In this document: positions 1 to 14,318 of the stretch, one piece after another
How positions within the stretch are numbered: the stretch's first letter is position 1
Layout of the letters: each line of letters begins with the position of its first letter
From: Paramecium tetraurelia
Lineage: Eukaryota
Length of the DNA stretch: 64,000 bases
Direction: 5' to 3'
Assembly: GCA_000165425.1 (NCBI GenBank)
Contig: CT868407.1
Coordinates: forward strand, 261,204-325,203
The notes under the pieces: model-generated
What the model was told of the DNA's origin: nothing
Seen by the model: only the letters and a program-made list of their open reading frames with translations
Databases searched by the model: none
Translations under genes and position numbers: made by a program

Positions 1-232
1 ACAGCAGGAATAGGCAGAGCCCCTTCCATAGTAGTTCTTTACTTAGCATCAATCCTCCAATATGATTTAAAAGATGCAATAGAATTTGTCAAATAAAAAA
101 GGCAATAATTTTACATTAATTATTGTAATAATAGCAATCTAATATTATTTAGCAATGTTAAAAAAGTCGTACTAAAAAGCACTTGTATTTAATCATGGAT
201 TAGGTTATTAGGAGTTAGCTTTAACATTTTGA
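1..232 (+). CDS. Dual-specificity phosphatase, 3' part (glucan phosphatase SEX4/LSF2/laforin-like P-loop)
   Basis: Frame 1 from base 1 reads TAGIGRAPSIVVLYLASILQYDLKDAIEFVKQKR, the end of a (HC)x5R P-loop and its helix. A 28-nt intron lies at 125-152 and the stop is TGA 230-232. The 5' part is outside the window. Confidence 0.8.
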
Positions 233-341
233 GATTGAATAGAGTCCTTGTTGTATAGATTTATTAATTTCATTAATAAATAGTAAATAGTAAATCTATC
301 TTTAATAAAACCTAAAACAAAATTAATTATATATATAAATA

Positions 342-3300
342 TCATAATTTTGAATTATCTTATAATTCCAAATATTCTTGATCAACATTGATATTGTTAT
401 CTTTTAATTGTATGATTTCTGATGATTGTATATTATTCCTTAAAATGTAATTTAATGCCTCCTAAGCTGCTGTTTATTTTCTATTCCTAATTTTATTTTC
501 CTATAATTAATAGTACATATGATAATTACAATTTCAATCAGTTATTTGTCTTTCTATTCCTTCTTCAAGTATCTCATCATGGCATGCTTCTTAATTAAAT
601 TGATCACAACAACTTTCTAGCCAATTTATTTGAATAATAGTTTAGCTCTGAGTCTCTCTCCTAAAAAGAGTTTTCTTAAATATTTAATATTGGATACTTT
701 CTAAGAATTAATAATAAATTACTCTTTGAATTTGTTCGATGTTTACAAACAAAACTGGCAACAAAACAATAAATAATTTCCAAGCCATCCATAAAGCGTA
801 AACTGCATTGATACCAGCCAATATCACTTCAAAAAAGATGATGATTGGTTCATTAGGATCAGTAAATTGATTCTTGAGAGATGCAATGACAAGTGCTATG
901 TAAATGGTTCCAAAGGCTGTGAAACTGGAGATGACATTTACAAAATTCTATCTTTTATAGCCATAAGGTTATGTCACAAATGATGCAATTCCATAAATCA
1001 AGACTATAATTAAACATGATTCTGCCATATAGATATTATCATAAAAAAAGATTTCAATAGCTGTTTAGATCAGAATCTTTTCCAACAATCTGACAAACTC
1101 CCAATAATAATACTTTTCTCTGAATTCACCATTAATGTAATAATATTTATACTTTCTGAGTGGTCTCTTATCTTTCTTCCTCATGTCATTTCTAATGTGA
1201 TATAAGAGCATACAAGGAATGTAAATGACAAAGAAAAATAGACAAGGGATGGATATAAAAAGAGTATAGAAGAAATGTTAAGTGCCATAGCAATTTTGAT
1301 TTAAATCTGGTTTAAGATACCTGCCATCTCCAATATCTTTGCAATTCAATAATTGAAGTGTTTTTTCGTAAAAGCTTGGTAGGTAAAACAACCAAATGAC
1401 TAGCCAAGTAGCAGTGTAGTAGATTCCTCGTTTAATCTTTTGGTTTCTAAATAGGATTGTCCATATGAACATGAAAAATAACATTGATGATACTGGTTTT
1501 AATACTTCGATAATGTAATTCACATAAACCATAGGAATGTAATTATCAACATTGATCATGGGGCATTCCAAAGAGAAATCAAAAATAGAAGGATCTTGGG
1601 AATCTTGTAATTAGGAAGGAATGTCAACAACGATTTTAGTAACTAAGGAAGTCTTTTAATAGTAGGCCAAGAATATTTTCATTAATGAATTTAAATCTTT
1701 GACTTATCCTAAGTTGGATCCAATCTTTTTTAAAGGTGGTAATAATTAGTTTAAGCATGGCAATACACATAGGATGACAACATCTTAAGCCAGAAAGAAG
1801 ATGGACATAGTGAAATATATCAGAACTCCAATACTGGTCAACAATATTATAACTAATGGCCATTCTACTTAAGTACAAACAACACACATCGATCTTGTAT
1901 CTCTAGCATAATTGTTATCATAATCACAGGATTAGCACATCCTTCCCATATATCCTAAACCACATTAAGATTAAGAGACTCCACCTAAGCAATTGCTAAA
2001 TTAAGTATCACATTTATAGATCTCCAATGTAGTGATGTTCTCTCTCCAATAATTGGATTCTAAGTTTGTCTCAGCTCCTCCATAGCATTAAATGTGATAG
2101 GTTGATACGAGTGGACACACTTAACATTATCCAGGGTCTTCATCAGTTGGAATACTAAATGAATAAAAGCCTTGAGGACATTTATAACAAATTGTTTGGC
2201 TGTCAAAACTCTATTTGATTTCCCCGTATAAACATTTACGGAATATCACCTTCAGAGTGTAATTGTAATTGTTAGTGTAGTAATAATTGAATTAGTTGGT
2301 CGACTTAACTTCGTCGGATGTAAAGTAATAAGTGAATTCAGTACTCGGGTTCCCAATGAGAGTGAGTCCATCTAGAAAGAATCCAGTTTTTTCGAATTTC
2401 ACTTGGCTATCAGAACTGGAAATGGATAGTGAATAATTTTCATCATTTGATTGAAAGATCTTTAAATAAGACTATTCCTTGTACATAGTGATATTTTCTG
2501 AAGATTTCAATACCAATTATAGAGGCGTGTTCATAGTGTCTCCACTTTTGAAATTACTGATTATATATTCACCATTATCTGAATCTTGTACAAAAAAGTA
2601 ACCATTTGCTGGCTATAGTTTTTCATCATATACTTATTGGATCACTCCTTGATCTACTAAGGGTCCACTCAAATATAATGAAGTTGGATATGAACTTATT
2701 TCACTACCCTCCACCAAGGCACTGTTATTCCAATAAAAGACGCCAGTTATAAACGGCGAGAATACTTAAGTCTTAATTCCTCCTCCATATTTATAAGCTA
2801 TATTATTTAAAAAGTAGCTTTAAGTAATGGTAATCACTGGAAGATCCAATACTTCCGATAATTTGAACTATTAATCAAATGAATTGATGTATAATCCTCC
2901 TCCTGACCCTAAAACTACATTCGAAGAGAATGTGCAATTTATGACCTTCAAATTAGACACGTTCTATAAATCTGCTAGAATGGATCCCCCATCAAATTGT
3001 GCATAATTATTTATCATACTAACATTCTCAAACTATGCAAATTACTCCTTTAATGTCAAGTAAAAACAGCTACCAAAATTCCCCTTATTTCCTTAACATG
3101 ATCCTCCTTTTATGTATGAAAAGGTATTCTTTAAGTAAAATCCACTTGATAAACAATTAGAAGGATCACAAGATAGTTACTTGAGTTATGGAGTTAACAT
3201 ATAAATTGCAGAATCATATAGTTAAATTAAACTCGAATTCAGTTTATAAGCTATCTGACTAATATTCTACAAGGTTAGTGTATTTATACTAAAATAAGAA

Positions 3301-6300
3301 GTCATTAAATATAACAAATGCGAATTCTTTGTAATAATGTTGGAGAAGTTGCTTTATTAAATAGATATCCAAGTCTGGTTTGCATAAATGATCTATCCTT
3401 CCTAGGCCTGAGTAGAGAATGATTATATATTCTTTATATTCAATTGAATGGCATTAAATACGCAATGCTCAAGATAGAATAGGGAACCTTAATTTATTTG
3501 ATAAGGATTAAAGACTGCAGGTGTCTACGTTAAATTATTATATAAGAAAGTATTGTTCTTCATTGTTACGTTGAATAGCTCTAATTTAAAGATGGATCCA
3601 TTTTGGGAGTATATGTTTGAAAAGTTATTTTCTATGAGGATTAATTATTTCGTAAATTTGTAAGGAGCCACATTGGAAATATTGGATACATCAACATCTG
3701 TGAAATTTAAATATGGATAAGTAGCTGTTTCTTCTTTTTGAAAGAATAATAGGCCTCCTTCTTATAAAGAGAATATTGAATTGATTTGATTCTAGGATAA
3801 GGTGATAATTGTATTTTCTAAGGTGTTGTCTATATAAATGGCACCATTTCCAAATGAAAACACATTGTTAATTCTGTTATTTATAAAGGTGATTTTGGGA
3901 CTAGTCGAAGCTGAGTGATACATCTATATTAAAAAGACAGAACCACTATAAGAATATACTTACATGAAATTACTATTCTAAACATTAAGAGTGGTACATG
4001 AAACTTATACAATTCCACCAATTACATCTTAAACTCCATGATATGTTGCATCAGTAGCATTAAATTAATTTACACTTGAAGAACTTAAGGTTATGATCTA
4101 AGCATTCAAAACCAATAAGCTTGTGCCAATACTACAGTTAATATAATTGAAATTAGATTAATCAATAGATAATTGGGATTGAAATCCTTTAAAATATAAA
4201 CCAGTTGATGACACAATAAAATTTTAATCTGCCTACTTTAATTATAGGTTTGCAATTGTAATATATGATAGGCTAACAACAAATTAGCTTTTGACATCTA
4301 TTAGAATTCCATAACAGGTGTTTAACAATGAAGTCGAAGTAATTTGGAAATTAAAAATACTTACTGATGACATCTTGATGCTGCATGAATTGGCCAATGA
4401 GCAATCGTAGTCATTTTGGTTGGATATTGTGATTAATCCATCTTAATATATTGTTCCTTGATCGAAGTAGATCTAGTTGATGTTAATTTAGGGGATCTCA
4501 GAAATAACTAGACTTAATGTGGATGGTGTTGAAAATGTAAAATCATTTAGAGTGATAGAATCAAATGTTTATGCATAAAAAGAACTATTATCTAAGATGA
4601 GGTGTGATGCATCAATTCTTTTTCCAAAAGAAAACTTAAAAGCGTAATTGATTCCTTATTTATATTGATTGTTAAAAAGTTGAACTGTATTTAAAGTAAT
4701 TATTGATTGATAGAATAGATTACTCAGTTGTTGATTGAGAATTGGTGCATTTAAATAGGATGAAAAACTATTATCTTAAATAATCACATTAGTTAACTTA
4801 ATCATGATGGGTTGTAGTGATTCTATTAGGATATTGTTAAAGATTGTGCTACAAAGTTGATTTTAACTAATAATTACATCTGAAGCCTAAAGTTAGTAAT
4901 ATTGAAATAATTAATTAATAGAGGTTGCAGATGAAGAACATTATGAATTAGAGATGGTTACAGTATTTAATGTTAATGAAGTTTTATCTGAGATTTACAC
5001 TAACTATTACAATTTGGAACCTGATATCTAGAGGTTTTCTATTTGAATATTAACTCCTTGGCTTGATTAAATTAATGGTGAGGACATCTCGAAATTATTA
5101 ACTTTGAAATTTTACAATGTGAGTTGATACACATTATCCAAAATTAAATAAGGACATTATTAAGATTAAGCATTTGTAATTTAGCAATTCTCAATATTAC
5201 TTAATATGATATTAGTGAAATATAATTTACAAAGCGGGACTATTATGGTAAGATCCTGAAAATGGACTTCATTAAACTTTTCAATGCTTTTCCTAATGAT
5301 CAAACTAGATTATGAGGGAGAAATCCCTATAAAAAACAATTTCACGCTTTGATTGATCCCCTAATCTATGATGATTCTGTCCCAATCGATATTTTATTTG
5401 TTGATGTTTATTGTACCTCTGACAGAAAATAGATTTTCTAATGTCTAATACAAAATGTAAAAATTGGTTAATGATATTTAAGTATTAATATAAGAGAAGA
5501 CATTGCTGCTATATGTTTGAGTGAATTCGCATTCAACACCAGTTGACCCTACTTAAAAAAACTCATTCAATTGTAAGGTCATTACATACTATTTAAACTA
5601 GATAATTAGATAGTTATTATTCAAAATAAAATACTAGCTAAAATATTGGGTTCTGATCACATAAACAGATTGATCATTCGATTGAATAAGATAACTTAAT
5701 TAGTAAAATGACAAGGTGTACGATTACTATTCTAAGACCAACAAGTAATCTTTATAAATTTGAATTTGTTTGTAAGATTGTCCGGGCTCTTTGATTATAT
5801 AAATGAAGATAATTACATTGCAAAACAACAGGATTGGAGGGATCACTAAGTAGACTTATTTGGATAGCTTATCCATTAGTAATCACTTAATATGTTTGAT
5901 CCTAAGTAACTTAATTCACATTCTGCAATTACAAATTAATTGAACCGGGAGTGTTCTCTTATTAAATGGCTATGCTAAGAGGATAACTATTTAAGTAGTT
6001 GCTTGATAATAGAACTTAAATGGACGTACTTGTGATCAGCATTTAGACAATGTTACTCTACAAATTTTATTAGTTTGTGGGAGTATTACTAAAGACATTG
6101 TTTGTAAAACTATAAAAGCTAATATCTTAGTCCAAAGCATAAGCCACATAGATTACATTATTATATTGAAATTATTAGATCATTTGAGTGGTGTAGGTTG
6201 CAACATTCTAAGATTGAAATTAATTTTATAAATTGTATGTATAGCATTGATACTAGGTAAACTAACAAGTGAATGATGTTTCAGACAATGAGATTACCAG

Positions 6301-7554
6301 ACCATTTGCATAAAGAATCAAAATTATATCAGATTAGATTATCTGTATAGCAGGATTGTTGTTATTATTGATTGTTATTATTTATTGTAATTAGAACCAT
6401 TGATTAAATACTTGAATATTGCTATTGGTTGAACCTACTTGTAAAACATATTATGATTTTAACATATATGATGCACTAATGCTTTAAGTGGAGTAATAAA
6501 ATGATCTAATTTTAGTACCACTAAGATTTTGATCTACTTAGTATAATTGAATCATTTCTGATCCATCAGTTGGATTGTTGATCAATATGATAATTATTAG
6601 ATCATCATAGTTGAATAGAAGTTGTTTTATATTGTTTGGACAAGAGCCAGCTGATATCCATGAAGAGGCAGTTCCTAAACTATTTTACTTGATGTCGTAT
6701 CTCTGAAACTAGCAATCACCAGAGAAGAAGATGATTTCATCTTAAATTAAATACATGCTAATTGGACTTATCCCTAAATTAACAGTTTGGCTTGTGAGTG
6801 AAATTGTCTAAGCATTATTATTGATTTTATATATGGTCAGAGTGGTTGAGGATACTGCATAAAAGAACGTATTGATATTGGTTTAATCTTATTGAGTTGA
6901 TGTCATTTGACTTAAATCAAATTAAGTTAATGTGAAACTTTTCAAGAATTATTACATATATGAGGAGTAGTACTCTAATTGATAGGTTCCGCCACTAGTG
7001 ATCCCAATTAAGATGTTGTCTGCATATTAGTCGATCTAAACTTGATAATTTATTAATATATTCAATAAAGATTATGCTAAATTTCTAATATATAGAATCT
7101 CTTACATTTTGTTCTTCCTAAAATATTATTTTGTGCCATATTCCAAATCAGAGCCTCACTTTGATCTGTTGCAATGCTGATTACATCATTCGCATATTAC
7201 AAATAGTTGATATTGCCTTAAAATGACAACTACCCTTGTATTGGATTGTCTTCGTCCAAGCTATAAATTTGTAATTGATTTGATTTCCCTACAAACAAAT
7301 ATCCCTGTTGTGTCTACATAAAGGTTACGCTCTATCCATCAACTGGTTACTTATATTAACTTACTTGGCTTTAATTATCTCAGTGTTCCTGACTCAGCTT
7401 AAATAAAAACTATTGCATTTTGGACAGATGCCATAATATAATTATAATCACTCTAATAGGTGATCAAATTAGCTTGTTCTTAGAAGTTGCTCAAATAAAA
7501 CACCTATGGACAATTCAATCCTACTCCCAAAGCAATCAGAAAGATAAACCACAT
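342..7554 (-). CDS. Giant (~2,370 aa) surface membrane protein: signal peptide, beta-rich/pectin-lyase-like ectodomain, Cys-rich stalk, multi-pass C-terminal TM domain
   Basis: Starts MWFIFLIALGVGLNCP. Has NxA..GG(S/G)I repeats (NNYAQFDGGSI, NVVLGSGGGLYI, FLNNIAYKYGGGI), a Cys-rich stalk (CPQGFYSF..CYGG..YWR..CLGG..CGLGYMGRMC), then about 8-9 hydrophobic helices including YYYWEFVRL. Introns at ~501-529, ~701-722 and 5789-5816. Stop TGA at 342-344. The middle was spot-checked, not fully translated. Confidence 0.8.
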
Positions 7555-7602
7555 TAATTAATATAATTAAATAACTCTATATAATCAACATTGTAATTTC
7601 TC

Positions 7603-10600
7603 TCATTTTTTTAAAGTACTCTAAAATGGATTCATTTTGTAATCAATTTTTTTCTTTTTCGCTGCATTCTTAAAAGTCATTTCTGATTCATTTCTTTTAT
7701 GCGATTTCTTCATCTTCTCCGCTTCATTTGTCTCCTCAATCTTTTAAAGTGTCTCCTCCGTTTACCCCTTCCTATGATGAACTAACTTCTTTTCCACAAT
7801 TATCTCATCCAAGCTTCTCAAATCAAAAACCAACCTTTAATTTTCTTTTCCATCCACTTCTGTTGATGCCTCTATCACTTATAGTTTTTATGGAGTTTCT
7901 CTTTAAATCAAAATCTCAGGCTGTTATTATTAATCCTACTCTCCTTCATTGATTATTTTCACCTAAGAATAACTCCCAAGTAAACAAGCTTATTTTGTTT
8001 ATAATAGTTTTTAAAAGGCTTAAGAATTGATTACTCTCTTCTAAAACGAATTTGCTAAGTCAACAAATTTTTCTCTATTTTGTAGATTTTCAATTAACTT
8101 TTTCTTAAATTTGTTGAACTACTCAATCAATTCAGTCACGTTCGCAATTTAGTAGACCATAGCAATGCTTCCCCTTTTCACTATAGTCTCAAACTTATTT
8201 TATATTTAAACCTCCTCATTGTCTGAAGATAATTATTTCCATTATAAGATATTTTAGAACTCTTCTATTGTTTATTCAATGTTTTTGAAATGCTCAAATA
8301 TTTAATTAGTGCTTTTCTATTTCATGAAAATACTCAGTAAAATAAGCTAGCACTTTAATACATGGTGCTACTTTAAAGGAAATTATAAGTATCTATCGTG
8401 AATTTCAATTACACTATGAATTTACGCTTCTATTTCTTTTGCACTCAGTTTATCCAAAGATAAGATCAGATACTTATCCTAAACCAAACCGTAAATCTCA
8501 TCCTTTTTGCTCTTATTTAAAGCTTTGATCAAATCCCCAAGTAATTTAATTGCCTTACTCTATCCATCTGTTCTCATCAAACCCTAAATGTGAATAATCT
8601 ATTTTCCGAACTTATCCAGCGACACCGATGTCTTCATTGTAATTGGCTATTTAAAATACAATGTTTGAAATGTCTGACCCAGAGATTCATTTAATGTTTA
8701 AAATAAACTCAAATCTTCCTCAGATCTCACTTGCTGTTTACTTTTTATTCTAATAAAAGCCTTCTTCAATTTTGAAATAATTTGAATTTTTTTAGCTTAA
8801 TAATGCATTTGGATTACAAAATTATTACACTTGGCATAGGTTAGTGTTCTATTAGAACGTTCGATAAATCTAATAGCACTTAAATATTATCCATTAAATT
8901 CAAAGATAGACCCTATTATAAACTACAATTTAGATATTATCTTCTTCTTAAACTCTTTCCCATTCCTATACTACTAATTCATATCATTAGCATAAAATAA
9001 TGCAATGTTCATAGCATGACCTATATCATCTTGCAGAACATGAATCTATAATTACTATAACACTAGAAACACTACTTCTTCTGCATAAATGTGAAATGAT
9101 CTTAACATCAATTCTTAAGCTCTTTTAAGACATGATAATGAATTTTCTTAATCATGCATATCAAAGTAACTCATCCCAAGTAGGAACTCTACTTTGGCTT
9201 TATTGCTTGTAGCCAAATTTTTAACGCTTACATCTTTATATCTTATTTAGAATGGATTATACTCTGATTTATCTGCAATGTCACTTTAATCTTCTACCTA
9301 CTTATATTATGGAAAGAACTGATTGTAAATTACTAAACTCATTTCTAAATTAAGCATAGCTGAAATTGGGGCTAAACTTAACCTTGCTATCTCTCCACTC
9401 ACTAAGAGTGAATAACCATAAGACAATGATGCTTGGTGCTGGTTTTTCAATTAAAATCCTATTGCTTTCTAGATTTTGCTGATGGCTTAAAAATAATTGT
9501 CTGAATGAAGATAAGACAAAGCTGACCATACTTATAACATCACATGCTTTTTTTGTTCAAGTAACCCCTTTGCTTAATTTTAACTCCTTAATCTATGATC
9601 CATTTGCATTTTCTGTTTCAGTTGATTAGAAATACATTTCGATAATTAATTTAAAATCACTATTGGCTTTTTTTAAGATAAAGTCATAATCTAAAATAAC
9701 AGAGTAATATGAAAATTATCAACACTATCATCTTTAACTTTTTTAATAAGATCAATCACCTTGTCCATTTTTTAGGATACCCTTATTAATTTCTCCTGCC
9801 AAGAATCCTCTCGATTCTATTCTTTAATAAAATAGAATATATTCAGTATTTCCACATAACAATTTTAAAATATTGGCTTCTATAAATTTTGAAACTTTTC
9901 GTAATAGGCTTGAAATCTGTTTGAATAGAGTAATGACTGATATATTATCTCCATGTAGGTTTAATCAATCTCAGATAGCTTACTCTTATTTTGAGCAATT
10001 TATTTGTAATCCTCACAGATATTTACTGGAAAACTTTCCATTACTTTTGCTTCGTTTAAATCATCCAAATCAACAGAATTAGAATTAGACAATTTTTGCT
10101 ATTCAACTTATTGATCCATTTGCTTTGAATCTTACTAAAAATCTATTTCATATAATTCTTTTCGAAGACTCTCGACAACTTATTTGAGATCCTAAATAAA
10201 TTTATCAACATCTGCCAGATCATATGAATATATTGCCATTTTAATGAATTCAAGTAAGTAACGATCTGAATTGTGGCTGAATACCTTCTCAGCCAATAAG
10301 CAATAATTCTTTTCATCGTCTAAAATCTCTCCATGCTCTTTTTTCAAATTTGCAAAGTATTTTTTCCTAATTGTTATTATGGTTCTTAAGTTTTAACTCT
10401 AGACTTTTTTGAAATAGATGATAAGATCAACAATTGCAAATAAATCCTTCTTGAAACTTTTAACGAATGCCTTATACTTCTTTTCTTCCAAAGTCTTTAA
10501 GGCCACTTCTGGATTTTGACCAAATTATACGAGTATTTTCATTCTACCAAAGGATTCTATTTTAAAACATTTATATTTTGGAACATAGAATATTGTCGAT

Positions 10601-11646
10601 AACGTGAAATTAAGTCTGTAAAGATATTTCTCATAGCAACCAATAAGAATCTATATTAAATTTAATGACAGTTTTTTATGTAAGGTGTTGCTTAACTCAC
10701 TTTTGTCCTTCAGTAAAATCTGTTAAAGATCTTTCAGAGAATACGATAGTTTATCATAGAACAATGCCAATCTATACATATTAGGTTGATCAAATTAGGG
10801 AGGTATATCAAACAAAAAAGTAGTATTGGTAATAAAAACTAAATACTAATCCAGGTTTTGGTGATAGTGCTATAGGATTAAGTGAAATAACACATTCAAA
10901 AATCTTGATTGTTGCTCAATATCTACTACAGTTATTATTTCAAGCATCTCTAAATTGGAAGTCACAATATAATCATTTTAATTTTTTTGATTTGCATTTT
11001 ATTCATGAATTACACTCTATTTTTTCTTTAATTTCATCTGATATTATTTGAGTGAAATGATCCTTTCAACATTAAGCAAATTCTCAAACGAAATAAAACT
11101 ATTTGGGCTTTCCTTATCTATATTGAAATAATTATCAGTAGAAAAAAAAGTAGGTATTCGAGAATATGAATTTGCCTCTTTAAAGGTATCTGGTTTCAAA
11201 TGGAAGAGGTCAAAATCTGCTTAAGTGATCAGGATTCCATTTACATGAGCATAATGTACACAATCTTTAATTTTTGTTCCAATTGTGATACTATAATATT
11301 TTTTTTGGTCATCTTGGATTAATTCCACAATCAAAGAGAAAACAGTAAGTACGTGATCGGACCTTCTATAATAATTAGCATCATCTTTTGTGGACTTTGT
11401 CTTCTTTTTAGAGGCCTTTGCCTATTAGGGCTCACTCTTCTGAACTTCTTGTTCAGTTTAATGAATTGTAACTTAGTTTCCATTTGTGTTAAGTGTAGAT
11501 TATTGGTTACAAATAGAACGTCTCGTTGTATGTTACACTTGAAGCTCCTCCTCTATCTTGAGTTATTTCTACTCAGCAACTGTTTTCTCTATTTATAATT
11601 ATATTCCTGCTTCCTTATCTGATTTTTTCGAACCACAAATTCCCAT
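7603..11646 (-). CDS. Large helical-repeat (TPR-like) protein with an N-terminal acylation motif
   Basis: ATG at 11646 gives MGICGSKKSDKE. Long frame open in the ciliate code with helical TPR-like segments, ending ..NPFQSTLKK-TGA (7603-7605). Only the ends were fully translated. Confidence 0.7.
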
Positions 11647-13181
11647 TAATATTTAAATAATTGATTCTTCTCATAGATTATCCTAAATATTTAAAGAAAG
11701 AAATTAGTAACAACGATAATTTATTATAAAATTCAAGTTAGAAACTGAACTTAAATAATTTCATCTCCATTCTCTTTCCTTTAGAGGTTCAGTACCCTAA
11801 ATAAGCTATAAGCAAGGGATAGATTGAACTAAATTCATATAGGTAAAAAAACGATAATAATTCTAAAATAAATTATTTAATTCCAATAAATATAATGTAA
11901 TTTAATTTTTTTTATTTTTTATTTGTTTAAATTGACCCGCACACATATTTTAATTTTTAAATAAAATTTATGATTCTCTCAAATACTTGCTCTATTAACT
12001 AACCAATCAATTAAACTATTTTGATGTATCTTTGAGTAATCCCATTGTAATTTTAGATAAAATTTAATTTATCCATTCAAGGAGAGATATACTTTAATTT
12101 AAAATTTTTTAAACTTCTTTTGTATGTTATATTCTTTTCAGGCAATTAATTTGGATAGAATTTCAATTCTATATAATTATCCTTATTGGCATAACCATAT
12201 TATGTTTTATATCATAGTATATATGTTTTCAATTTCAACTTCCTAAATAATTGCTGTCAATGTGAAATTTCATATTATAAAACGATTCTATTCTGATTCA
12301 GTTGATATTAATTATTCATCTTCGATTATCAAATAGTTAAACTCTATTTTAATTTATCAAAATGTTATTAATTTAAAAACACAATATGAAATTTAAAAAA
12401 ATAAAAGCTATGCCTCTTTAATACTTACTATCTATGATTATTAAATAATAGTTTTTGAAATTTCTTATTTCATTGAATAATTTTCAACCTAATTAAATAA
12501 ACTTTTTGATAAATAAAAAAAGTCTATAATCTTTAGATATAAATTCCCATTTAGGTTTATATATATATCTAAATGAAATTGTGTTAAATATTTGAACATT
12601 TCATATTTTTCGAGTAAATAATTAAATTTGAGATTTATTATATTTCAGAAAATATTTGTACGATCCATTATGGATATTCATAAAAAGCGATCCAAATTAC
12701 AATTAAATTCGGAATTTCATTTAGTAAGAGGCAATTTATCTAAGTAAAAAGATTCAATAATAATAAATATGGTTATGGCAATCAACCAGAAATTCGTGTT
12801 GATGTTTGAATGTATATTAATACGATCTAAGATAAAATGAAATAAAAATAGTAGGTATGTATATAGGAAATGAGTAAGAAAAGTTTAATTCACAAATGGG
12901 GTGGTTAGTAAGGTACTTTGTATTTATCTATATAATTAAATAACTTCTCGTTGATTACAATACTAATTCTTTGGATGTTATTTTAAAATTGGAGAAAGTG
13001 GAAATTGCCTCAATGCAAGGGTTGTTAATGTTAACTCATGATTGGATAAGAAATTGGATATGATAAATTTAGAACTGAAAAAAAGTTAATCACAAAAGAA
13101 CTCGAATAAGTTTTTGAAGTTACAAAGTGATGCTATGTTAAAGAAGAATTAATAAATTGAAATATTATTATTAATAATTAA

Positions 13182-14204
13182 ATGACTCACAGGTACTAGT
13201 ATGGTTATAAGAAGTCTTACAGTAAGTTATTTGAGATGAATTGTTAGTTGAAACTCCGAAACGCTATTAATATCAATCAATGGATCGATTACCAAAATTG
13301 CCATCGATTACTTCTGATGCTAAGTAAGAGTGTAATCTTATTCAGACAGTCTTGGAAAGTAGGTCGGAAGGAATAATAGACAAATTTGGGAGTTATGAGT
13401 TTGCCTGGTTAATTGATGAGTGGAAAGTAGAAGATTAATTAGGATGCTTTCATTATAGAGAAGAGACTTAACTTTTATGGAGTGGCTGATGGACATGGAG
13501 TGAATGGTGAACGTGTTTCTGGGTTTATTCGGATCACTCTACCAAAATATATTGAACAAAGTCTTTTAGATCCAAAAGAGACATTGATAAAAGGTGTTTT
13601 ATAGACAAATAGTGAATTGGTGAATAATTCAAAAATTGAAACTGTCATAGCAGGTTCAACGTTGTGTTGTGGTTTGATCAAATTAAATAGATTATATATA
13701 GCAAATGTTGGGGATAGTAGATGTGTTATAGCAAAGTAAATGGGTAATTCTTGGTAAACCATTGAATTAACAAAGGATTAAAAACCATCTCGAGAAGATG
13801 AGGCAATAAGAATATTAAAGGCAGGTGGACGTATAGCTGCTCAATAAGACATTTATGGTAATTAAGTGGGTCCACTTCGAGTCTGGTTAAAAACATTGAA
13901 TGCACCAGGACTAGCTATGACTAGGGCAATGGGAGATAGATTGGGTGCATAGGCAGGAGTGATAGCTACACCTGAGATCACAGAGTATGAATTAACAAAT
14001 GAGGACAAAATCTTGGTATTTGCTTCAGATGGGATTTGGGAATACATGTCTTCTCAAGAAGTAGTTTCAATTTTGAGTTATTGTTACGATAAAAATATAA
14101 GTGCTGAATTGGCAGCATAAAAATTACTAAATTTAGCAGTGGATGCATGGAAAAGAAATAGTTTAGCCAGAGATGACATTACTTGTGTAGTCTTATATTT
14201 GTGA
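13182..14204 (+). CDS. PP2C (PPM) family Ser/Thr phosphatase
   Basis: Motifs NQDAF, FYGVADGHG, ANVGDSR, GLAMTRAMGD, FASDGIWE and DDITCVV. Two short introns near the 5' end. Stop TGA 14202-14204. Confidence 0.95.
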
Positions 14205-14318
14205 ATTAATTACATTTCATAATTGTTTACTTATATCATATTGAGTAATTAACAATATATGTTGTAATTAGTTAATAGATTTATATAAATATATATAATA
14301 AAAAAGAAATAAATTAAT

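Noticed and set aside
11650..13180. Long AT-rich gap as a retained IES, transposon or ncRNA locus (also 16260-17140, 19480-20330, 35100-36480)
   Set aside because: I found no convincing paired TA-consensus ends, terminal inverted repeats, transposase motifs or tRNA/snRNA signatures by eye. A covariance-model search would be needed to exclude small RNAs.
13475..14047. Minus-strand track ORFs, and similar ones at 21370, 24499, 25730, 48601, 58460, 59091 and 61918
   Set aside because: They are antisense shadows of recognisable genes on the other strand, produced by using the standard code.
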